Shown here piece after piece: positions 1 through 10,098 of a stretch of 64,000 nucleotides of DNA. How positions within the stretch are numbered: the stretch's first letter is position 1; the number at the start of each line of letters is the position of its first letter. The notes below the pieces were generated by a model, which was not told the DNA's origin, did no database searches, and was given only the letters and a program-made list of their open reading frames with translations. The translations under genes and the position numbers were made by a program. The stretch is from an uncultured delta proteobacterium (GTDB lineage: Bacteria; Desulfobacterota; Binatia; UBA9968), in contig CAVSLC010000005.1 in NCBI GenBank assembly GCA_963728565.1, positions 128,001-192,000 of the forward strand. The letters run 5' to 3'.

Positions 1-363
1 ATTGAAGTCAGTGTGCCTCTTCACTTCGTCGGCAAGGGCGCAGGGGTTGTGCGAGGCGGGATACTTCAACCCATCGTGCGCGAGATTCAAGTAGAATGTT
101 TGCCGCTGGATATCCCTCAGTTCTTCAACGTAGACGTCAGTGGGCTGGATATCGGAGACTCCGTTCATATAGAAGATTTGCCGATGCCGGAGGGCGTCAC
201 GGCTGTTTACGAGTCAAATTTTGCCCTAGTAACCGTCGCGACACCCACTGTGGAGGAGGAGCCGACCGCGGCTGCTGCCACAGGCGGAAGCGGCGCCGGT
301 AGCATCTCCGGAGGAAAAAAAGGAAGAGGCGTAATTGCTACCTGGAAGATTTTCACGGATTAG
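1..363 (+). CDS. rplY: 50S ribosomal protein L25/general stress protein Ctc, C-terminal part (5' truncated by window edge)
   Basis: VPLHFVGKGAGVVRGGIL...VECLPLDIP...VDVSGLDIGDSVHIEDL is the TL5/Ctc C-domain; lies upstream of pth. The acidic tail AEAAPVASPEEKKEEA* ends at 334 in another frame (probable 1-nt indel near 283). Confidence 0.92.
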   Translation: MEVSVPLHFVGKGAGVVRGGILQPIVREIQVECLPLDIPQFFNVDVSGLDIGDSVHIEDLPMPEGVTAVYESNFALVTVATPTVEEEPTAAAATGGSGAGSISGGKKGRGVIATWKIFTD

Positions 364-372
364 AACCGACGT

Positions 373-939
373 GTGAAGTTGATAGTTGGGCTGGGAAATC
401 CGGGTAGGAAGTACGATCAAACCCGACACAATATAGGGTTTCGCGTCGTCGATGATATAGCTAAACAGAATAGGGTTGCGATCAGAAACAGAGCTTGTGA
501 TTCTCTGGTAGGTGAGTTGATCGTTATGGGTGAACGGGTATTACTTGCCAAGCCTCAGACCTACATGAATCTAAGTGGTCAGGCTGTCAAAGCACTGCTC
601 AAAGACACTCGATCTTCACCCGAAAACCTGGTCGTTATATACGACGAATTGGATTTACCGTTTGGTCGCATACGCGTTCGGCAAAAGGGTAGTGCTGCTG
701 GCCATCGGGGCGCGATGTCGATCATGGAAAGCCTGGCAGGGGCGCCATTCTACCGCGTTCGAGTAGGGATCGGACGGCCGCCAGAGGGCGTTGAGCCAGC
801 GGATTTTGTATTGGAACCCTTTTTTCGCGACGAGGTCGACCAATTGGATGCGCTTGTTGCCCGCGCCGCCAAAGCAGCATTGTCTATTATTCAAGAAGGC
901 GGTCAGCGCGCAATGGAAAAATTTAACCGAGTCGACTAA
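373..939 (+). CDS. pth: peptidyl-tRNA hydrolase
   Basis: LIVGLGNPG..Y..TRHNIGF, KPQTYMNLSG and RVRVGIGRP motifs. Confidence 0.97.
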   Translation: MKLIVGLGNPGRKYDQTRHNIGFRVVDDIAKQNRVAIRNRACDSLVGELIVMGERVLLAKPQTYMNLSGQAVKALLKDTRSSPENLVVIYDELDLPFGRIRVRQKGSAAGHRGAMSIMESLAGAPFYRVRVGIGRPPEGVEPADFVLEPFFRDEVDQLDALVARAAKAALSIIQEGGQRAMEKFNRVD

Positions 940-1003
940 GTATTCGGCTAACGCTACATCGAATTTTAAACGGGAAACGGAGCTTTATCATTTGAGGGGA
1001 AAT

Positions 1004-1393
1004 ATGACTGTGACAAACTATGAAACCCTTTTCATTGTCCATCCGGAAAAGGGACCGCGGATCAAAGAATTAATTGAAAGATTCAAAAAGGTTATCGAGG
1101 GGCAAGAGGGAGTCGTCTCTCAAGTCGAAGAATGGGGATTGCGAGATCTTGCATACCGTATTCAGAAACAGGGGAAGGGCTATTATACCTTGCTTCAGTA
1201 TCGCGCATCCGGACGGGCGGTGGAGGAATTAGAACGCAATCTGCGGCTCACCGATGGTATCTTGCGTTACTTAACCGTGCGCGATGACGAAGCTAATCAG
1301 GCTGCCGCTCAAGCTCCTGCCGTCGATGGGCCGGAGCAGGGCGATAATCCGCCGCCTGCGACAGATGCGACGACGACAGATACTCCGGTGTAA
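1004..1393 (+). CDS. rpsF: 30S ribosomal protein S6
   Basis: YETLFIVHP...EEWGLRDLAYRIQK...GYY...LRYL; ATG at 1004 after GAGGGG RBS. Confidence 0.95.
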   Translation: MTVTNYETLFIVHPEKGPRIKELIERFKKVIEGQEGVVSQVEEWGLRDLAYRIQKQGKGYYTLLQYRASGRAVEELERNLRLTDGILRYLTVRDDEANQAAAQAPAVDGPEQGDNPPPATDATTTDTPV

Positions 1394-1686
1394 CGAATCG
1401 GCCTCGAGTGTGCCTGTGGCTGGGTATAAGGTATTGCAGCGATTATCTGTCGAGCCCAAACTTCATTGAGACCGCCCGGAAATGAGATTAATCCTTGATG
1501 AGTGCCGCTCGGGGGAGCTTGAGACCTGATAGAGTTACTGAAGAAAGCCGTCGGATAAGCTCCTCGAGGTGGTTTGACACGCAAAATTGGACGATTGTAG
1601 CAGCGTCGCGAGTTCTACTTGCCGCGGCTACCGGAAGCATATTGTTGGAAGACTAAGAAATCATAAGGAAGAAGGTAGAATAGCTT

Positions 1687-1983
1687 ATGGCTCAGAGGGA
1701 ATCTGGCGCGAGAGTCAACCGCGATCGCATGGATGACGATAAAGGCGGTGGTTCACGTCGGCGGCCGATGTTTCGGCGAAAAGTATGTCGCTTCTGTGCG
1801 GACAAGACACTCAGAATTGACTATAAGGATGTTCGGACTATTGCTTCCTTTGTAACGGAACGCGGGAAAATGACTCCCAGCCGCATAACAGGAAACTGTG
1901 CTCGTCACCAGAGATTGCTAACAACCGCAATCAAGCGAGCGCGCAGTGTCGCGTTGCTGCCGTTTACGACTGCAAAAAGCTAA
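1687..1983 (+). CDS. rpsR: 30S ribosomal protein S18
   Basis: [39 protein letters not shown]. Confidence 0.97.
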   Translation: MAQRESGARVNRDRMDDDKGGGSRRRPMFRRKVCRFCADKTLRIDYKDVRTIASFVTERGKMTPSRITGNCARHQRLLTTAIKRARSVALLPFTTAKS

Positions 1984-2953
1984 GAAAACGATTCTAATTC
2001 GATCGCGGCTGGAGATCATTGCCAGGGGTTTTCTCGCTACGGCTTTCACGGCAATGCTTTTCTTAGGCGGCGTGACAGCTCCACCGTTCGCCTTCGCGCT
2101 CTTCCCCCTAGTGCCGCAGCCGGTACTCTGGTTCGGGATAAAGTATGGTCTTATGCGAGGGATGAGCGTCGCAGTCCTTGCTCTGGTGATTTTGCTGTTA
2201 TGGGGCGGAGAGCAACTCGGGTATGTTTTTTCAATGTTCGTTCTGCTGATCGGGCTATTGTTTTTCTTTCTCGGCCGCATCCGAGTACTCGAAACGTTAG
2301 TCTTTTCAACCGCGGCCTTAGTGTTTACTGCCTTCAGCGCTTTGTTATTTATTCTATATGGCTCCTGGCAAGCGATCTTTCACGATGTGAGTCAAAGCCT
2401 CAATAGTAGCCTCACGTCTGCTGTTGAGATGCATGAGAAAATGGGGTTCCCGGAGGAAAGCATTGCGGTTCTGAAGGAACGCGCTGCCGAGATCGCCGGG
2501 ACGATTCTCCAGCTTCTCCCGGCGGCTGCTTTCGTCAGTCTCAGCCTAGTAGTATTATTCAATGTGGTTTTGTTATGCCGTCGATTCCCTGAAAAAAGGC
2601 CGCATTGGCTGACGCTTGTCAGCCTACGAGAGTGGAAAGCGCCTGATTTTCTGGTTTGGGGTGTGATCGTCTCTGGCTTCATTATGTTTATCCCCGGATT
2701 GGAATCGGTTAAGACGCTCGCAGCCAATTTTCTGCTGGTTTTTGGCGCATGCTACTTTTTCCAGGGACTGGCAATTATCGCGTTTTATTTCAACAAAAAT
2801 AATGTGCCCCGATTTGTTCGCGGGGTGGTTTACTTGTTTATCGTTTTTCAGCAGATATTCACATTATTAGTGGTCGGCCTTGGTTTATTCGACTTGTGGG
2901 TTGATTTTCGCCGGTTGAGAAAGCGGGATCTAAATCCCAGTCAGGCATCGTAA
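1946..2953 (+). CDS. YybS/DUF2232 family membrane protein
   Basis: Multi-TM protein with YFFQGLAI and [10 protein letters not shown] motifs, between rpsR and rplI; true start probably slightly downstream. Confidence 0.85.
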   Translation: MSRCCRLRLQKAKKTILIRSRLEIIARGFLATAFTAMLFLGGVTAPPFAFALFPLVPQPVLWFGIKYGLMRGMSVAVLALVILLLWGGEQLGYVFSMFVLLIGLLFFFLGRIRVLETLVFSTAALVFTAFSALLFILYGSWQAIFHDVSQSLNSSLTSAVEMHEKMGFPEESIAVLKERAAEIAGTILQLLPAAAFVSLSLVVLFNVVLLCRRFPEKRPHWLTLVSLREWKAPDFLVWGVIVSGFIMFIPGLESVKTLAANFLLVFGACYFFQGLAIIAFYFNKNNVPRFVRGVVYLFIVFQQIFTLLVVGLGLFDLWVDFRRLRKRDLNPSQAS

Positions 2954-2963
2954 GGGAGGGGAT

Positions 2964-3410
2964 ATGGAAGTCATTTTAAAAGAAGACGTCGCCAACGTCG
3001 GCAAAATCGGTGAAGTGGTGCGTGTTCGCGACGGCTATGCGAGAAATTACCTTCTGCCTCGCGGCCTCGTCTTATTGGCCAATAAGAAAAATCTGAAGAC
3101 ATTCGAGCATCACAAGAAAGTTGTCGCTGATCAAAAACAAAAGATCACAAGGGAGGCGCAGTCGGTGGGACAGAGCATTAGCGCCGTTTCACTGACCATT
3201 CGCATGCGAGTCGGCGAGGAAGGGAAGCTCTTCGGTTCGGTGACCAATATCCAGATCGAAAAAGCTTTGAAGGCGCAAGGACTCATCGTCGACCGACGCA
3301 AGATCCAATTGGAAGAGCCGATCAAGGTCGCCGGCGACTATGAGGTGCCCATCCGTATGACCGCCGATCTTACAGTTCCGCTAAAGGTATCCGTCATACC
3401 GGAAGAATAG
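2964..3410 (+). CDS. rplI: 50S ribosomal protein L9
   Basis: MEVILKEDV..VG..GEVV.V.DGYARNYLLP; GKLFGSVT. Confidence 0.97.
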   Translation: MEVILKEDVANVGKIGEVVRVRDGYARNYLLPRGLVLLANKKNLKTFEHHKKVVADQKQKITREAQSVGQSISAVSLTIRMRVGEEGKLFGSVTNIQIEKALKAQGLIVDRRKIQLEEPIKVAGDYEVPIRMTADLTVPLKVSVIPEE

Positions 3411-3546
3411 GCGGTGTGGGCAACCGAGCTCGAGCCGATACGCGATGACATCGTGCGCGCCTGGTTTAGCCGGTCACATCGATCCCATCTGAGTTGTTGA
3501 AATCTTCAGCCGCAACGGTAGCCGCGACTTTGACTCACGGCTGAAG

Positions 3547-4410
3547 ATGGTGATTTCGACGGCCATAGGCTCCAAGCGCGAGCTAGATCGCAGCCGACTT
3601 CTGATTTTTCTGGCCGCTTTGCTCTGGAGTCTGGCCGGGGTTTTCATCAAGCTCCTCGAGATCCACGCATTGACGATTGTTTTCTACCGAAGTTTCTTTG
3701 CGTCACTTGTTTTCGTCCCTTTTCTAAAATCCTCGAAGTTTCAGTTCAACGCGCCGATCATCGTTTCAGTGATCAGCTATACGGCCGCTATTACCGCCTT
3801 TGTGTCCGCAAATAAGTTGACGACGGCCGCCAATGCCATCGTTCTGCAGTACACGGCTCCAGTTCTGGTTTATATATTTTCTCGTTTGGTGCTGGGCGAA
3901 AAGATTTCGTATCCCAATGCCCTGGCATTGGCGGTTAGCATGGTCGGCGTCGGATTTATTTCCTTCGATAACGCCGGTCAGCCGGAGATGTCCGGGGTTC
4001 TGCTAGCTCTTTTGAGCGGGGTTCTGTTCGCCATTTACATGGTGAATCTGCAGCGAGTAAAAGAATTCAGCGCAACTTATCTGACCTGGTTGAACAATCT
4101 CGTCTGCGCGCTGCTGGTCTTGCCGTTCGTAAAACAGCCGTTGGCGCTTTCAATCGATCAACTTCTGATCGTGGCGATCATGGGAGCTGTGCAGCTGGGA
4201 CTCCCGTACTTTCTTTTTTCCAGGGGGTTACAGAGAATTCCACTGCAGGAAGCGGCGCTGATCGCATTGATTGAACCCGTACTAAATCCTGTCTGGGTGG
4301 CGCTGACCGTTGGCGAAATTCCGTCGTTCGCCACCTTGCTAGGGGGTAGCATGATTCTCGTCGCTCTGGCAGTTCGTTATCTGGGTCCGCTTCTAAGTAG
4401 ATCACGGTAA
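3547..4410 (+). CDS. EamA/DMT family transporter
   Basis: About 10 TM segments; TTAANAIVLQYTAP and ALIEPVLNPVWV motifs. Confidence 0.9.
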   Translation: MVISTAIGSKRELDRSRLLIFLAALLWSLAGVFIKLLEIHALTIVFYRSFFASLVFVPFLKSSKFQFNAPIIVSVISYTAAITAFVSANKLTTAANAIVLQYTAPVLVYIFSRLVLGEKISYPNALALAVSMVGVGFISFDNAGQPEMSGVLLALLSGVLFAIYMVNLQRVKEFSATYLTWLNNLVCALLVLPFVKQPLALSIDQLLIVAIMGAVQLGLPYFLFSRGLQRIPLQEAALIALIEPVLNPVWVALTVGEIPSFATLLGGSMILVALAVRYLGPLLSRSR

Positions 4411-4495
4411 CCGGTCAAAGTTTTGACGGTGCTGGCTTAGATCCTAAGTCGTTCTGTGATACGGTTGCTTAACTTTACACTCTGACACAAGGAGG

Positions 4496-5308
4496 ATGAG
4501 ATCTATGAATTGGGGAATGGAGAATCGATTAGCTCGAATTATCAAGCCGGCGGATAAGCGCGCGGTTATGCTCGCCGTAGACCATGGTTACTTTCTCGGT
4601 CCTACCAGCGGCTTGGAAGATCCGCGGCAAACAATTGAACCACTCATGCCGCACGCCGACTCGATCATGTTGACTCGCGGTGTGCTAAGAACGTCCGTCG
4701 ATCCCAACTTCGACAAGCCTGTTGTTCTCCGGGTTTCCGGCGGCGCTAGCATCCTTAAAGAACTTTCCAACGAAGACATCACGGTCTCAATCGACGATTG
4801 CATTCGTCTCAACGTATCGGCGATGGCGCTTTCGATCTTTGTCGGATCGGAGTTCGAGAAGGAGACGCTGGTGAGTCTGGCCAAACTGGTGGATGAGGGA
4901 GAGAAGTTTGGCATTCCGGTGCTCGCAGTAACGGCGGTAGGCAAGGACATGGCGCGTGATGTTCGCTACTTAGGCTTGGCCTGCCGCATTGCCGCGGAGC
5001 TTGGCGCTCACATCGTCAAAACCTATTACTGTGACGAATTCGAGCAGTTAATCGAGAGCTGCCCAATCCCGGTGATCGTAGCTGGTGGCAAAAAGACGCC
5101 AGAGCTTGAAGCTTTGGAACTAACCTACAATTCCGTTAAGGGCGGCGCCGTCGGGGTTGACATGGGGCGAAATATTTTCCAGTCCGATTGCCCCGTGGGG
5201 ATGATCCAAGCGGTGCGGGCGATCGTACATGACAACGTTTCGGTCAAAGAAGCATACAAGATTTATGAGGGCGCCAAAGGAGCCATCGCGAAGCGGGCAG
5301 CCGGCTAA
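4496..5308 (+). CDS. lsrF: LsrF-like class I aldolase/thiolase (DhnA family)
   Basis: MNWGMENRL, MLAVDHGYFLGPTSGLE, AELGAHIVKTYY (Schiff-base Lys), GVDMGRNIFQS. Confidence 0.88.
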   Translation: MRSMNWGMENRLARIIKPADKRAVMLAVDHGYFLGPTSGLEDPRQTIEPLMPHADSIMLTRGVLRTSVDPNFDKPVVLRVSGGASILKELSNEDITVSIDDCIRLNVSAMALSIFVGSEFEKETLVSLAKLVDEGEKFGIPVLAVTAVGKDMARDVRYLGLACRIAAELGAHIVKTYYCDEFEQLIESCPIPVIVAGGKKTPELEALELTYNSVKGGAVGVDMGRNIFQSDCPVGMIQAVRAIVHDNVSVKEAYKIYEGAKGAIAKRAAG

Positions 5309-5496
5309 AGTATTTTAGGAGCTCTACGTATCTCCGCCTGAATTGAGCACCACCTCGAGCATTCTCGCGCGTTCTTGGTCAGAAGACCAAGAACTTTTGC
5401 TCGGGAAACAATTCGGGCGGGCAGCTTTGTGATAACCGTATGTCCTCATCACATAAGCATCTGAATAACTCTAAGCAGAAACCTCGCCGCAGCAGC

Positions 5497-6522
5497 ATGC
5501 GAGTGGCCATGTATTACAGTAATCACGACGTGCGGCTTGAAGAGATGCGCGTTCCGAAGATCGGATCCGGTGAGTTACTGGTGCGCATTCGCGCCAGCGG
5601 CATTTGCGGCAGCGATCTGATGGAATGGTACCGCATCAAAAAAGCGCCGCTTGTCCTGGGGCACGAGATTACCGGGGACGTCATCGAAGTCGGCACCGGT
5701 GTTGGAAACTTCCGTGTTGGGGACCGAGTCTTCTCCTCGCATCATGTGCCGTGCGGGAAGTGCCGGTATTGTCATGCCGGTCATCAGTCGGTATGCGAAA
5801 TGCTCCGCACCACGCATTTCGATCCGGGCGGCTTCTCTGAATTCGTCCGTGTGCCCAGGATCAATGTAGATCTGGGGACGCTTCTTTTACCTGACGAGAT
5901 AAGCTTTGATGAAGGATCATTTATCGAACCGCTCGCTTGTGTGGTCCGTGCGCAACGATTCGCTCGACTTGCAACCGGCCAAACTGTGCTAGTGATCGGC
6001 AGCGGGATTTCGGGTTTGTTGCACATCCAGCTTGCGCGTGCTCGCGGCGCGCATCGAATCATAGCCACCGACGTCAGTGATTTTCGGTTGACGGCAGCGG
6101 CACGGTTTGGAGCGCATGCAACGATTCACGGTGCCGAGCAGGTTCCGGATCGATTACGTGAGCTGAACGAAGGCCGGTTAGCTGATGTGGTAATCGTCTG
6201 CACGGCCGCCATGCCCGCCATTCAACAAGCTATACAATCCGTTGATCGCGGTGGTACGCTGCTATTCTTTGCGCCAACGGCGGCTGGAGTTGATGTGCCG
6301 ATACCCTTGTTTGAATTTTGGCGAGATGAAATTTCCGTCGTCACTTCGTATGCCGGCAGTGGCGATGATTTGCTTGAATCGCTGGAACTTATCCGAACTC
6401 GTCAAGTGCGGGTTGGAGAGATGATCACGCATCGATTGCCGTTGTCGCAGGCGGGTTTAGGATTTCAACTTACCGCCAGCGGCTCGGAATCGATCAAAGT
6501 GATTCTCGATCCTTTGATTTGA
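5497..6522 (+). CDS. Zn-dependent alcohol dehydrogenase (sorbitol/threonine DH-like)
   Basis: GICGSD, GHE, CGKCRYC..C and GSGISG motifs. Confidence 0.9.
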   Translation: MRVAMYYSNHDVRLEEMRVPKIGSGELLVRIRASGICGSDLMEWYRIKKAPLVLGHEITGDVIEVGTGVGNFRVGDRVFSSHHVPCGKCRYCHAGHQSVCEMLRTTHFDPGGFSEFVRVPRINVDLGTLLLPDEISFDEGSFIEPLACVVRAQRFARLATGQTVLVIGSGISGLLHIQLARARGAHRIIATDVSDFRLTAAARFGAHATIHGAEQVPDRLRELNEGRLADVVIVCTAAMPAIQQAIQSVDRGGTLLFFAPTAAGVDVPIPLFEFWRDEISVVTSYAGSGDDLLESLELIRTRQVRVGEMITHRLPLSQAGLGFQLTASGSESIKVILDPLI

Positions 6523-6539
6523 GCGGCGCGTGCTTCCGG

Positions 6540-7541
6540 TCATTTCGTCACCCCTAACTCTTTGCGAGCTTTGTTTAGAAAAGAAAAATCGACGATATCG
6601 GAAACAGGGATCGGTTTTGTCACGTTGGCGTTTTCGCGGGCGAGGTCAATGAGCACTTGGACGGATTCCGGCCGAACATAGGCGTCCTTGGTTAACACCC
6701 GGCTCACGTGCCGGAACATTTCTCCGGCCATTCTTCTATCGTTTATGTTCCATTGCTTCATCAGAATATTGGTCACCGCATCGCTATTATTTCTGTCCCA
6801 GATAAACTGCAGGCCGCGTACTGTGGCGCGCACCATTCGATAAACCTCGTCGGGGTTCTCACGGATCCTCTTGTGTGAAGTCCCGAAGCCATTTTGGGCA
6901 AACTCCACAATATCGCCAAGAAATAGCAGCTCATTGTAGCCCTTCTCAAGTGCCACGATGTTCTCCGGGACGGAAAGCAGCGAGGCGTCGACGACGCCGG
7001 ACTCGAGAACCGCGAAGCGGCTGGCTGCGTTCCCTGACATCTGCAAAACCGAGACATCTTTACCAGGCTCGAGTCCGATTTGTTTCAATGCTTGATTGGC
7101 GAGAAGTGTGGCTGAGCCTCCCGGCGAGCTTCCGGCAATTTTTTTGCCCTTCAACTGTTTGACGTCTTTGATATTTTTTTGACCAACGAGAAACAACAGT
7201 GGCTTAGAGACGGTGAAGAGCAAAACCTTCATCGGCTGATCCCGAACCGCCGCGCCGATGGTGCCGGTCACAGCGCCGTTGTAGTCGACGTCTCCATTCA
7301 ACACGGCCGTGCTTGCCAGGTTCGCGGGCATAAAGATGATTTCCAAATCGATCCCTTCATCCTTAAAAAATCCACGGTGGAGCGCCGTATAAATAGCCAG
7401 GAAGGAGACATTGGTGGAAGAACTGCCCATTCGCACTTTCTTCAACTGAGACTGGGCATGGCCAGCAGAAGGAAAATGAACAGCACCCAGCGCCACGGCG
7501 AACATTAAAACGACTCTTGTCATGGGTTGGAAAAGTTTCAT
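6540..7541 (-). CDS. ABC-type substrate-binding protein, NMT1/THI5/SsuA-like
   Basis: Signal peptide; GFFKDEGIDLE, LKGKKIAGSSPG; paralog of 15552..16598. Confidence 0.85.
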   Translation of the reverse strand: MKLFQPMTRVVLMFAVALGAVHFPSAGHAQSQLKKVRMGSSSTNVSFLAIYTALHRGFFKDEGIDLEIIFMPANLASTAVLNGDVDYNGAVTGTIGAAVRDQPMKVLLFTVSKPLLFLVGQKNIKDVKQLKGKKIAGSSPGGSATLLANQALKQIGLEPGKDVSVLQMSGNAASRFAVLESGVVDASLLSVPENIVALEKGYNELLFLGDIVEFAQNGFGTSHKRIRENPDEVYRMVRATVRGLQFIWDRNNSDAVTNILMKQWNINDRRMAGEMFRHVSRVLTKDAYVRPESVQVLIDLARENANVTKPIPVSDIVDFSFLNKARKELGVTK

Positions 7542-7574
7542 AGCTGCATCCTTGCTTAGGTTGGTCTCTGAGGA

Positions 7575-9485
7575 TCAATCCAGTTGACTCCATTGTTTGA
7601 ACTCTTCAAGCCCCAAGCGGGTTAGTGTGTCCACATAGGGCCGACCGGTTCTTTCATGCCGCCCGGATAAACGATAGTACTCGAAAATGAGCTCGGGCAA
7701 CCATTTCGCAATGGTGAAGCCCTTGTACTTGCCGTCAGGAATTGGCTCGAGAAAGCGCGGTCCCACGTCTTGCCAATCATGGTCGGCAATCCACCCGCGC
7801 TGAGTGCCGAAAACGCTTTGAAGGATGATGCTGCGGTGACCGACGTCAATGGTTTCGTCGAGGCTGACGTTCCACCCTGTGGTCGCATTGAGCGCGTCCA
7901 CCATGCTTTTCACGCCGTCCGGCGGTTTGTCGTTTAAGGCGAACCAGCAACCACCCATGACTCCACAGGCCTGGCGAATTTGCTCCGTTAGAAGATGCGA
8001 ATTCGTCCAGCCATCGGGCTGAGTCGGATCGAGCGGACCCCACCTCTCTCGATATAACAGATCAGCGGGCGGCTCTGTGCCGCCAGCACCCTGCGGTTTC
8101 ATGCCGCCGCTTGCCACCAGTTCGCGCAACATTTGGCTGAGCAGTGGCCGCCATTCATGTTGCGCCGGTGTCCCGCCCTTTGTGTGCACCACCCAATTTT
8201 TTGCTTCGCCCCCCAGTGCTTCGGCAAGTTCTTTAGGTCCATCAGCGAGAATATTGCCGAGCCATGTTTCGCGGCGCGCGCAGCGTTCCAGCAGAGTTTC
8301 GGCTGCGCGCAAATTGCCCCATTCCAATTTCAAACCGTCGGTACGATCTGGCCCAAGAACACCCTTTTCCCAGGCCTCGAAGGCTAGTCCGGCGCCGCAG
8401 GCGAAATGGCTGCACTCGATTCCCAAATCGTTGATGCGCTCTGATAGATAGAGCACGTCGTTACCCTTGAAACCAAGATTGTAGAAAGTGTCCATCCATT
8501 CGCTGCCCGCGTTGAAGTGTCCGATTGCGCCTTTGAAGCGGCCTTCGCCGACTTTCACGTCCCAGGGGCACATGCGCGGGCACTGGAAGCAGGGCCTCAA
8601 GACGACTTGGTTCTGATCCAGGCCCTTGGCCTCATCGGTGATGACGGTACTGCGCCAATTAAGTTTCGTAATCGCGCCCCAATCCTCGCCGTGGCCGACG
8701 CTGGTCAGACGTTTTTGTACTGTCGTTGTGCGCGCCGCGATTGCTTTGCGCCAGCGCAGTCCGGCTTCGATCAGCGTATTCTTGTCGTGCACCCGGGGAC
8801 GCTTGGTGCCCCACGCGACAATGGCCTTAAGTTTTTTCGAGCCCATCACAGCGCCCAGGCCATGGGCTGCGTTATGATTGTAGTCATTGACGAACATAGC
8901 GGCACGAATCAGACTTTCGCCGGCCGGTCCGATACACCCCACCCGCGCGTCCTGATGACCGGATTCGTCTCGGAGCAAGTCTTCGGTGTCGCGCGACCCT
9001 TTACCCCACACGCGCCCCGCATCGCGCAATTCAACCTTGTCTTCGCCGATATAAAGATAGGTCGGCGCCTGGGCTGCACCGGTGATGATGACACCGTCAT
9101 AGCCGGCTGCTTTAAGTGATGTGCCGAAATAGCCGCTGGTTGCGCCTCGACCTAGGGTGTAGCGAGTTGCCGGGCTGAGATAAACGAAGCACATTTTCGT
9201 GCCCCCCGGGGTAAAGCCGGTTCCGGTAATGGGTCCGGTCATGCCAACGATGACGTTGCGGGCATCATAGGGATCGATATTGATCGGCAATTCGTTAAGG
9301 AGAACGTACTCAGCGAAGAGTTGACCGCCCCAGTATTTTCGCAATATCGGCTCTTCCGGAAGATGCAAATCGATCAGTTCTCCCGTGCTGAGATTGACGC
9401 GCAGGATCTTACCCATATACCCGCCGGGCAAGCGCGTCCGGCGTTGGACCGGAAAAAAGTTTCTATAGTCGGAGCTCTCACTCAT
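7575..9485 (-). CDS. aldehyde:ferredoxin oxidoreductase (AOR/WOR, tungstopterin) family protein, intact copy
   Basis: GYMGKILRVNLS, LKAAGYDG, CIGPAGE, GLGAVMGSKKLKAI and CxxCxxxC (CFQCPRMC) motifs. Confidence 0.9.
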   Translation of the reverse strand: MSESSDYRNFFPVQRRTRLPGGYMGKILRVNLSTGELIDLHLPEEPILRKYWGGQLFAEYVLLNELPINIDPYDARNVIVGMTGPITGTGFTPGGTKMCFVYLSPATRYTLGRGATSGYFGTSLKAAGYDGVIITGAAQAPTYLYIGEDKVELRDAGRVWGKGSRDTEDLLRDESGHQDARVGCIGPAGESLIRAAMFVNDYNHNAAHGLGAVMGSKKLKAIVAWGTKRPRVHDKNTLIEAGLRWRKAIAARTTTVQKRLTSVGHGEDWGAITKLNWRSTVITDEAKGLDQNQVVLRPCFQCPRMCPWDVKVGEGRFKGAIGHFNAGSEWMDTFYNLGFKGNDVLYLSERINDLGIECSHFACGAGLAFEAWEKGVLGPDRTDGLKLEWGNLRAAETLLERCARRETWLGNILADGPKELAEALGGEAKNWVVHTKGGTPAQHEWRPLLSQMLRELVASGGMKPQGAGGTEPPADLLYRERWGPLDPTQPDGWTNSHLLTEQIRQACGVMGGCWFALNDKPPDGVKSMVDALNATTGWNVSLDETIDVGHRSIILQSVFGTQRGWIADHDWQDVGPRFLEPIPDGKYKGFTIAKWLPELIFEYYRLSGRHERTGRPYVDTLTRLGLEEFKQWSQLD

Positions 9486-9536
9486 TGATGCCTCACTCGG
9501 GCTTATAGTTTGAAATTGCCTAAAACGTTCAAGCCG

Positions 9537-9918
9537 TTAAGTCCAATCTCCGCGCAAGCATGAAAGTGATTCCTGTGAGACCGTTCTCGGCGGGCTCCCA
9601 ACCTTGCTCGGGTTTGTCACCGGTAAAAAAACGCGCGCGCTGGCGACGTAATATCGATCCATTCGCGTCGGCAGATTGGCGATGAAGTGGATATCCAGAT
9701 AATCGCTGCCCTTGCTGACATCCTCCCAACTCTTACCGCGGTCGAAGCTGCGCACCATACCGCCATGTTCGATGGAAGATAGACGATGCTAGTGTTGTCC
9801 GGATGGATGAAGATATTGCCAATGCGGCCGTTATGGGGCGGCTGTGGACACCACCAATTTTTCGCCAAATTATCAGTCCAGCCTGCGTTCCCGCGTAACC
9901 ACGAACTCCTTCGTTCAT
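9537..9918 (-). pseudogene. remnant of BNR/WD40-like beta-propeller gene
   Basis: Fragments MNEGVRGYAGTQAGLIIWR / PQPPH..NIFIHPD / VRSFDRGKSWEDVSKGSDYLDIH match 13592..14647, with a large internal deletion and frameshifts. Confidence 0.8.
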
Positions 9919-10098
9919 CGGACCTCTCCTTGTCTGCCGGTGATTGTTCACCGACAGTGATAGTCAATGCATTGGGACTGACCCTTGGTTTCTTCAAACC
10001 GTTCGAGCAGTTCAAAAGTTTTCAAATGACCTCGGAAAAATATTGAGGTCCTGTTTGAACGGATTTCACGATTTGAATGACTTGGACTGTTTCTCCGC

